A stretch of DNA of 64,000 bases. Source: Klebsiella phage VB_KpP_HS106. The stretch lies in the sequence record OP764672.1; one strand, written 5' to 3'. Of this stretch, positions 57,880-64,000 are shown in pieces (the stretch's first letter is position 1; each line of letters starts with the position of its first letter). The position numbers were made by a program, and so were the translations under genes. Under the pieces are notes generated by a model. That model saw only the letters and a list, made by a program, of their open reading frames with translations, was not told the origin of the DNA and ran no database searches.

Positions 57880-57966
57880 GGGGGAATAGACCGTAGAGGT
57901 AGCGGGACAGACTGTAAATCTGTTGCCTAAGAAGCTCGGGTGGTTCAACTCCATCTTCCCCCACCA
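57880..57966 (+). tRNA. tRNA-Tyr (anticodon GTA), type II with long variable arm
   Basis: Acceptor gggggaa/ttccccc. Anticodon arm acaga-ctGTAaa-tctgt. T-arm ggtgg-ttcaact-ccatc. CCA. 87 nt. Confidence 0.75.
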
Positions 57967-57969
57967 AAT

Positions 57970-58115
57970 TACAGATATAGCTTATGAGACTCAGTAATGC
58001 AGAGTCTAAGGTAAAGCAGTCGCCCGTGGTCGAATGACCATATGCCCATTGGATGCATTCCTTTGGTGATGGCTAGGGAGTCCGTGCGTAGGTTCGAACC
58101 CTACATCTGTAACCA
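57970..58115 (+). tRNA. tRNA-like gene with about 70-nt internal insertion (interrupted or intron-containing; anticodon unresolved)
   Basis: Perfect 7-bp acceptor pairing tacagat (57970-76) with atctgta (58105-11). Canonical T-arm gtagg-ttcgaac-cctac. A-CCA end. Spacing matches its neighbours, but the total is 146 nt and the middle does not fold as a standard D/anticodon arm. Confidence 0.35.
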
Positions 58116-58121
58116 AATTTA

Positions 58122-58211
58122 GGAAGGTTGTCAGAGAGGCCGATTGTACCTGACTTGAAATCAGGAGGTGCAGAGATGCGCCCGAAGGTTCGAATCCTTC
58201 ACCTTCCGCCA
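58122..58211 (+). tRNA. tRNA-Ser (anticodon TGA), type II
   Basis: Acceptor ggaaggt/accttcc. Anticodon arm cctga-ctTGAaa-tcagg. Long variable arm. T-arm gaagg-ttcgaat-ccttc. G-CCA. Confidence 0.75.
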
Positions 58212-58214
58212 AAT

Positions 58215-58291
58215 TGGAGCATAGCCAAGTAGGTTAAGGCATCGGTCTTTGATACCGACATTCTCTGGTTCGAATCCAGATGCTCCGGCCA
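58215..58291 (+). tRNA. tRNA-Gln (anticodon TTG)
   Basis: U1-G72 acceptor tggagca/tgctccg. Anticodon arm tcggt-ctTTGat-accga. T-arm tctgg-ttcgaat-ccaga. G-CCA. Confidence 0.75.
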
Positions 58292-58302
58292 AATTGCTGA
58301 TA

Positions 58303-58374
58303 GATGAATAACGCTGAGGCATAAGCGACTCGCCCGGAAGGCAGGTATCCCAGGTTCGAATCCTGGATTCATCA
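58303..58374 (+). tRNA. tRNA, anticodon uncertain (possibly GGA; imperfect anticodon stem), no encoded CCA
   Basis: Acceptor gatgaat/attcatc. D-arm cgct/agcg. T-arm ccagg-ttcgaat-cctgg. Anticodon stem has one C-A mismatch, so the isotype is unclear. Confidence 0.5.
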
Positions 58375-58534
58375 TGTTAGACGTAACATATCAGCAACTA
58401 ACTTCCGACTCGCTACCGGAAGACCGTTAGGTAACACTAATCTCTGGGCTATCAACCCATGGGTGCCACCCTCAAATCAGTAGAGATAGTAAGTTACCGC
58501 CTGCCTCGTCTAGCAGACGTAAAATGCTTAGGAT

Positions 58535-58561
58535 GCCCCTCTTCGGAGGGGCTTTTCTTTA
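58535..58561 (+). terminator. rho-independent terminator after the tRNA cluster
   Basis: gcccctc-ttcg-gaggggc followed by ttttcttt. Confidence 0.7.
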
Positions 58562-58575
58562 TCTGAGGAATCCGT

Positions 58576-58887
58576 ATGACTACCGTAAGTAAATCCAGTA
58601 TCGAAGCCAAGATCCGTGGTGTGTACTTCATCAATGCTGGTGAAGCTATTAAAACCAGTAATGGTGGGTACACTGAGCGTGATCTTACAGAACTCAAGCT
58701 GGTAACCATCTGCATTATCATCATGGAGAATGGTTTCAAGGTTGAAGGCACTTCTGCCTGTGTGGATCCTTCCCGTTACAATGAAGCTATTGGGCGGAAG
58801 GAAGCCTATGATAATGCCTTCGAAAAGATCTGGGAGAAAGAAGGTTATCTCCTGAAGCAGAAAATGTTTGAGGAAAACCAGAAATGA
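58576..58887 (+). CDS. hypothetical protein
   Basis: gagga RBS. 103 aa. Follows the tRNA terminator. Confidence 0.45.
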   Translation: MTTVSKSSIEAKIRGVYFINAGEAIKTSNGGYTERDLTELKLVTICIIIMENGFKVEGTSACVDPSRYNEAIGRKEAYDNAFEKIWEKEGYLLKQKMFEENQK

Positions 58888-59303
58888 AAATTACAGAAAT
58901 GAATGATGGGCCTGTTCGTGAGCGGATCCTCAATGCTGCTCAAGCAGTAATGGCCCGTACTTCTAGTGTGTCCCATTTGTTAGAAGAAGCTGATAAGTTT
59001 TTGGCTCATGAGTTTGAAGATCCCTTTACCAAACGTAACCCCAGCGCTTTTGTTATTGAAACACTTAAGAAAGGCAATGGGTGCATCGTCGTCTCACTTT
59101 ATGTAGAGGCTAATGGTGTAATTAGTGGGCACAAGGTTGAACACGAGTTCCCTCGTGAAAAGGAAACACCCAACTACATTAAAGTGTCCGAGGTAGAAAG
59201 TCAGGCTTTTCAGGAAGCTTTGGCTAGTATGAAGGGCAAGACGTACACTAAACGAACTATTGTCACACGGTTCCTGGAATACATCCCTGAGATGGTGTAC
59301 TAA
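58884..59303 (+). CDS. hypothetical protein
   Basis: ATGA-coupled to the previous ORF. 139 aa. Confidence 0.45.
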   Translation: MKITEMNDGPVRERILNAAQAVMARTSSVSHLLEEADKFLAHEFEDPFTKRNPSAFVIETLKKGNGCIVVSLYVEANGVISGHKVEHEFPREKETPNYIKVSEVESQAFQEALASMKGKTYTKRTIVTRFLEYIPEMVY

Positions 59304-59336
59304 AGAAAAGCCCCGGTTAAGGGGCTTTATTTTTAT
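59302..59336. terminator. bidirectional terminator
   Basis: aaagaaaa-gcccc-ggttaa-ggggc-tttatttttat. Confidence 0.6.
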
Positions 59337-60214
59337 CTGAAGTCTGACTTAGCAAACCTGCTGTAACCAGATCCCTGAGTAGAAACATCCACCCCTTGAT
59401 CAGTAAGTATTGCACAAGCAGCCAGATACTTATTGTAGTACTGGGTTGTCTCATTAATCCCTGTCTGTAGTCCACCATTGGTAGGTGCTGTCAGGCGAGA
59501 TGAGATGTAGTAAACCAGTGCATCCAGATAAGTAAAGGGTAAGTCCAGATCGATACGATCATAGGTAGTCACCCCATTATCTTCCAGCTTAGGAATGCGA
59601 GCAGGTGCAGCTTTATAGAATACCTTCATGAAACCAGAAGGCATATTCTCCGGTAGTCTGATCACATTAACAGCAGGAGTATACAACACAGGCAAGCCAG
59701 GCCCACAACTACCATAGCTACCGTAGGGGGTTCTGGTGGTGATGGTTGCCGGGTAGTCCAATGTGCTGTCATATCGTGCCCATGAGTTTGGTGGTGTACA
59801 GTTGCATCCATGTCCACGCCCACACCCACAGCCTCTCGGCTGGGTGTGGTCTGTGTCCATGTTCAGCGGGTATGGTTGTCCGTCCTGGTTATAGATAGAG
59901 AGGATCTCTACCACATCATCCTTAAAGGGATCGTCACAGTCCTGGATGAAAGCATTACCGCGAAGCTTGTGGGCACTCACTGCATTCTTTCTATCCAGTA
60001 CCAGCTTAGTATCCCCACAGCAATGCTTGAGCCATACCTCTTTCTGTTTCACAAAGAAACGCATATGGATATCAGTTAAACCAGCATTGATAATGGGCAA
60101 CAGTCGTTTATTAAAAGTTTCAAATGGGATATCCGCCCCATTCTCAAACAAGGAGAGGTGAGATAACTCACCTGCTGCCAAGTTCTCTAACACATCTGAT
60201 AATTTCAGTTTCAT
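59333..60214 (-). CDS. hypothetical virion/packaging-module protein with Cys/Gly/His-rich motif
   Basis: 293 aa. Central QPRGCGCGRGHGCNCTPP motif. Downstream (3') of terminase large on the minus strand. Confidence 0.4.
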   Translation of the reverse strand: MKLKLSDVLENLAAGELSHLSLFENGADIPFETFNKRLLPIINAGLTDIHMRFFVKQKEVWLKHCCGDTKLVLDRKNAVSAHKLRGNAFIQDCDDPFKDDVVEILSIYNQDGQPYPLNMDTDHTQPRGCGCGRGHGCNCTPPNSWARYDSTLDYPATITTRTPYGSYGSCGPGLPVLYTPAVNVIRLPENMPSGFMKVFYKAAPARIPKLEDNGVTTYDRIDLDLPFTYLDALVYYISSRLTAPTNGGLQTGINETTQYYNKYLAACAILTDQGVDVSTQGSGYSRFAKSDFR

Positions 60215-60223
60215 ACAGGATCC

Positions 60224-61828
60224 TTAAACCAGATAGCTACTGAGTCGAGTATCTACTTCAACGTCTGGCTCAAACCACACGTCTTTCTCTTCGTTGTAGT
60301 ATACAGGCGCAGCTGTTCCTGGCTTAAAGGTTTTCAGTAGTGCCAGCTGAGAAATGGTATCGATAGCGTCATCATGTTTGGATTTGAAGCCGCCCAAGGA
60401 TGCAAGGCGAAGTTCTTCCATCATCTCAATCATTGCCTTGCTGGTTCTCAGCTCTGAAGGGAAATACATCTTCCCAGCTTTAAACCAGGGCACCACTACG
60501 TTAAAACGCTGAAGCTTATCAGTGGTAGGACGAATACCCGGCTGGCTTGAATTATTACTGGAAGCCAGATTAAAGAAGATGTTCTTCTCGATCTGCTGTT
60601 CCATAATCCAGGGGATGAAACCAGATTGCTGACCAGTAACCTCGATCCCTACATCTTGAGGATTATACTGAGAAACCAGACGGAATAAGTCCCGGATGTT
60701 CTGTCCCATATGCTGGCGTTCACAGATACCATCCACATAGAACCAGTCACCGTTATTGTTCAGTGCCCACACAGAGATAACAGAGAAGTCAGCAGACTGT
60801 TTGTCACTGGTAGCAAAGTCAGTGGTGATGTAGAAGTTGTAGTTGCTCTTGTTCTTCAACAGAGCAGCACGGGAGTAATAACGAATGTCCCCATCAGCGA
60901 TCAGGCGATCTTCATCAGACATGATCTTAAGCATCAGTTCCTGGTTGAACATGGCAATCTTGCCACCCAGTAATGCTTTCTCATACTGCTGTTTGACATA
61001 ACGATAATCAAAACGATCAGGCCAACTACCCCTGAACTCTGATTCCTCACAGGGGAACATCTCACATACAGGGTAGACGTTGACAGTCCATGCTCCTGAC
61101 TCTACTGCTTTGTACAGTGGGTCACCTGCATTAAAGGGAGTACCAGACCAGATCATCATGTTGTTGGATGGGTGTAATGCATACTCTACTGCCTTGTATA
61201 CCGTATCCTCGATAGCAGCAATGATGGTAGGGGAACGCGCATCCTCATCCGATACCAGGTCATCAAGGATCGCCAGCTTAGGACGTTTACCCATCTCTTT
61301 CGTACCACGGACACCCGTCTTAGCACCATAGCCTTTGATTACTGTGGTTTGCCCTTCCAGGTTGGTAAACTCCCAACGAATATCCGTAAACTTGGCTTTA
61401 GGGATCATTCGCTTCAGGAACTCTGAGTTTTCCCAACGGAATTCTAAGTTCTTACGCATGTTCTTCACACCGTTATCTACGGAGTCAGAAACATACAGGG
61501 CCAGCTCAATACGTCCGAACTCAGGCAGGCTACCAAACACCCCCAAGTATAAGAACAGGTACTCAGCCATCACAGTAGTTTTAGCAGCACCACGGTGTAC
61601 CATATTAGCAATACGCCGATCACCCGACACAACAGTGTCCAGCATTTTGTAGTGAAGCACTGGAGTCTTATGCTCCTCGCCCTGACCACCATTAACCAGC
61701 TTGATAAAGTTAACGAACTGCAAAGCAAACAGACTTGGCTTATACGTAGGATCCTCTGCATAAGACACCCCGTTTAGCCAATCTATTACCGTTTTCTTTG
61801 GCTGTTCAACATCAAAAATATTACTCAT
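60224..61828 (-). CDS. terL: terminase large subunit (N4 gp68-like)
   Basis: Walker A HRGAAKTT, Walker B LAILDD, RNase-H-like nuclease motifs ITTDFATSD and KHDDAIDT. 534 aa. Confidence 0.85.
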   Translation of the reverse strand: MSNIFDVEQPKKTVIDWLNGVSYAEDPTYKPSLFALQFVNFIKLVNGGQGEEHKTPVLHYKMLDTVVSGDRRIANMVHRGAAKTTVMAEYLFLYLGVFGSLPEFGRIELALYVSDSVDNGVKNMRKNLEFRWENSEFLKRMIPKAKFTDIRWEFTNLEGQTTVIKGYGAKTGVRGTKEMGKRPKLAILDDLVSDEDARSPTIIAAIEDTVYKAVEYALHPSNNMMIWSGTPFNAGDPLYKAVESGAWTVNVYPVCEMFPCEESEFRGSWPDRFDYRYVKQQYEKALLGGKIAMFNQELMLKIMSDEDRLIADGDIRYYSRAALLKNKSNYNFYITTDFATSDKQSADFSVISVWALNNNGDWFYVDGICERQHMGQNIRDLFRLVSQYNPQDVGIEVTGQQSGFIPWIMEQQIEKNIFFNLASSNNSSQPGIRPTTDKLQRFNVVVPWFKAGKMYFPSELRTSKAMIEMMEELRLASLGGFKSKHDDAIDTISQLALLKTFKPGTAAPVYYNEEKDVWFEPDVEVDTRLSSYLV

Positions 61829-61929
61829 ATCCTTTCTCCTCTCCCAGTGCTGGACGCTTCTTACGTGGCAATATAATCACTGCTATCCAGCACATGAGGT
61901 ATGTTAGAAATAACCAGGCATACCATTGG

Positions 61930-62631
61930 TCAATCATCATCGCTGATTACCTCACCTTCGATAATACGGCCCTCAGCAATCTCCTTGGCTGTTCTCATAC
62001 CACTGGCAATGACTTGTTGCTGTTCACGACTCAAACCTTCCATAACCTGTCTCAGCTCGGTTAGGGTGGTATCCTGTTTCACAGAAACATCCAGTTCCAC
62101 CTTCTTAGCTTCAGGAGGCCGCAGATAGTTCATCAGTGCAGTGGCTGCATCACTCTGTACCTTCTCGCTGGTGGCAGTCTTCATGAGCAATGCCTGATGC
62201 ATCACAGCATCATGGAATACATGCCTGTACATAATATGAACAGGAATATACGCCACTTCTTTCAGGCTGGATACAAGTTTAGAGCTTGAGTACATGCTGA
62301 CATAGGCACTTATCTCTTTAGAGGTAAGACCTTTGCCTAAGTAATATTTATAACGATCAGGGAAAGTCTTAATCCAGGCATCCTGGTTAGACATACCCAT
62401 AGACAGGTAACTTACAAACTGCACAGCTTCTACATAGTTACTGAGTTTGTACTTACCGTTAGACAGTACGTTGGTGTACTGAAAGAGGTTGTGTGCATAC
62501 TGCTCTGCAAAACCAGGGTCATTATTCAGGATATCGTTAATCTTATCCACCAGCTTAACACTGGCATTCTTACCCAGGTTACTCGGCAATGCATTCTTAA
62601 ACTCTTCTAGCGTAATCTTTGACATAAACAC
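61930..62631 (-). CDS. putative terminase small subunit or packaging protein (positional call)
   Basis: 233 aa, immediately upstream of terL in transcription order. No diagnostic motif. Confidence 0.3.
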   Translation of the reverse strand: MFMSKITLEEFKNALPSNLGKNASVKLVDKINDILNNDPGFAEQYAHNLFQYTNVLSNGKYKLSNYVEAVQFVSYLSMGMSNQDAWIKTFPDRYKYYLGKGLTSKEISAYVSMYSSSKLVSSLKEVAYIPVHIMYRHVFHDAVMHQALLMKTATSEKVQSDAATALMNYLRPPEAKKVELDVSVKQDTTLTELRQVMEGLSREQQQVIASGMRTAKEIAEGRIIEGEVISDDD

Positions 62632-62681
62632 CTCCAGTTAATGTCTGGAGTTTAATCTATAGGTTAACTTAGGTAAACATC

Positions 62682-62879
62682 ATGACCAGAGAAGAAGCAC
62701 TCTTATACATGCGCATAGGTGGAACAGTTAAACACCCCAAGTTACCTGGTAAAACCCTAGGCATCATTAATGGGAGAGTTCGTGTAAGACAGAACGGACT
62801 GGGCTTTGAGTACTCATTCAGAACAGAAGAAATCTTTAAAGATGGATGGAAAGTTGTGAGTGTGGATTATCACCTATAG
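62682..62879 (+). CDS. small hypothetical protein
   Basis: 65-aa ORF at the start of the AT-rich region. Confidence 0.3.
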   Translation: MTREEALLYMRIGGTVKHPKLPGKTLGIINGRVRVRQNGLGFEYSFRTEEIFKDGWKVVSVDYHL

Positions 62880-62884
62880 TGAAA

Positions 62885-63040
62885 TTTATATATTTTATAT
62901 ATGAGAGTTAAAACATAAGCAAGATATAGGTGATACATTTTCATATTTTTTATATGGGAATTTTTTATAATTTGGGTACGGATGTAGAGGTAAAGTTATA
63001 GGTACTACCTTTTCATCTTACAGGTTGTGGTAATTTTTTA
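62885..63040. promoter_or_regulatory. AT-rich non-coding region with repeated ATATTTT(T)TATATG(A/G)GA motifs (candidate promoter or origin)
   Basis: Over 75% AT. Two similar 18-nt motifs at about 62892 and 62943. No convincing ORF. Confidence 0.3.
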
Positions 63041-63317
63041 TTTTTAAGTATCGGTGTAGTACTTACTACCTGGTTTGTACACATACCGGAACCTACCCCC
63101 GGAGCTGAACGATAAAAAAGAATTCTTACTCATGTCCATTACCATTTCTCTTACACATCTATGAGCACGCTCAATCAATGGATGAATCCAAGTCGTCGTG
63201 TGACTATAAACCAGCGCCAATCGTAGTTGCAGTAACACTCGTTCATGTCTGTGGTGCATGAACCCTTTACGAGTGCAAGCCACATCACCAACTAACTTAG
63301 CTAAGAGGAATTAAACC

Positions 63318-63545
63318 ATGGGTATTCGCGCAGTGTACGACTCAGCAACCAAGACTATCACTGATACCATTGATACTGCTGGTTTGCTTGCATCAGCTGG
63401 TAAACGTCTGGCTGAAGTAGCAGATAACAAAGCCAAGCGCTTCAGTGAGATGGTAGAGCTGAAGGATAAAGCTGAATACATCAGCACCAAGAAGCAGCTG
63501 GAGAATCAGCTGGCTGCACTCGGTGTATCGCTGAACGACGAGTAG
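63318..63545 (+). CDS. hypothetical protein
   Basis: Strong aagagga RBS. 75 aa. Followed by a terminator. Confidence 0.45.
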   Translation: MGIRAVYDSATKTITDTIDTAGLLASAGKRLAEVADNKAKRFSEMVELKDKAEYISTKKQLENQLAALGVSLNDE

Positions 63546-63553
63546 TAAAACTA

Positions 63554-63581
63554 AGCTCACCTTCGGGTGAGCTATTTAATT
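63554..63581 (+). terminator. rho-independent terminator
   Basis: agctcacc-ttcg-ggtgagct followed by atttaatt. Confidence 0.55.
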
Positions 63582-63612
63582 CATACACAATACACATCAT
63601 ACACAATACACA
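63581..63612. repeat. tandem direct repeat 2 x 16 nt (tcatacacaatacaca)
   Basis: Exact tandem duplication read directly from the sequence, at the start of a 400-nt non-coding stretch. Confidence 0.6.
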
Positions 63613-64000
63613 CTGTGCTACATGACAGTACAGGTGCGCTCCTCCGTTTCAAAACTTGTGGCAAACTTACTCTCTGGCGTATGTCAGCCTAACTCTGTAC
63701 TACTTCCTGTATACAGTAAGTTACTGATAAGCCAGTCCAGATTAATCTATATATCAATTCTGAATATGCTTATAACAAAATGATATAAGACAAACCACTT
63801 GACACAGTGTTACTATCTCACTCAATCCCTTAACACAATCCCTCACTTAACCCACTCCAGTCATCACATAGCTATAGATCTATTCTATGTAGAATCACCA
63901 GTTATCTCCGTACATCCTACCGGTGTACTCCGATAACATTCACTCAGTACCGTGACCAGTTAACTTATATAGGGAATGGAGAGAATTGAGTGTCAAATTA

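Noticed and set aside
58006-58212. 68-aa minus-strand ORF (MAEGEGFEPS...GFEPT...)
   Set aside because: It is the antisense translation of the plus-strand tRNA cluster. The repeated GFEP peptides are the reverse complement of GGTTCGAANCC T-loops. Not a gene.
58494-58751. 85-aa minus-strand ORF
   Set aside because: Overlaps the plus-strand terminator and the well-initiated plus-strand ORF 58576-58887. No RBS.
63044-63283. 79-aa minus-strand ORF in the AT-rich terminal region
   Set aside because: Isolated antisense ORF between plus-strand genes, with no RBS, in a region better explained as regulatory. Low confidence, so not called.
63581-63612. CRISPR-like array
   Set aside because: Only two directly abutting 16-nt copies with no spacers. 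No cas genes. A simple tandem duplication.

Overview
The window reads as a large part of an N4-like (Schitoviridae-type) podophage genome, about 43% GC. It is gene-dense with short or overlapping (ATGA) gene junctions. Every module boundary carries a GC-rich hairpin plus U-run terminator.

Plus strand carries the replication and nucleotide-metabolism genes:
- MoxR-like AAA+ ATPase with a VWA/HExxH partner
- Dda-like SF1 helicase
- rIIA-like GHKL ATPase with an rIIB-like partner
- family-A DNA polymerase
- HAD phosphatase and Dam methyltransferase
- ThyX and RNR beta/alpha subunits
- Cas4-like Fe-S nuclease
- a P-loop plus primase-like fusion protein
- Sak4-like ATPase, SSB and a RuvC-like resolvase
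- two HNH homing endonucleases

Minus strand carries the virion and lysis genes:
- a 3561-aa virion RNA polymerase (T7-like motifs B and C present)
- three downstream virion/ejection proteins, one with transmembrane helices
- major capsid protein, scaffold and portal
- terminase large subunit
- a translocated block of Ig-like protein, overlapping Rz/Rz1 spanins, holin, a lambda R-type lytic transglycosylase, a pectate-lyase tailspike and two tail-fibre proteins

A tRNA cluster lies between the portal and terminase regions. It holds Asn, Pro, Tyr, Ser, Gln and one uncertain tRNA. It also holds one tRNA-like gene with a roughly 70-nt internal insertion, plus tRNA fragments.

The last roughly 1.4 kb is AT-rich and non-coding, with direct repeats. 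It is possibly the genome-terminus or early-promoter region.

The most unusual items are:
- the interrupted tRNA
- an acidic protein with three SSB-tail-like DPF motifs
- a Cys/Gly/His motif shared by two virion proteins
- a zincin-like HEMTH motif in the vRNAP C-terminal domain
- the inverted domain order of the primase-like protein
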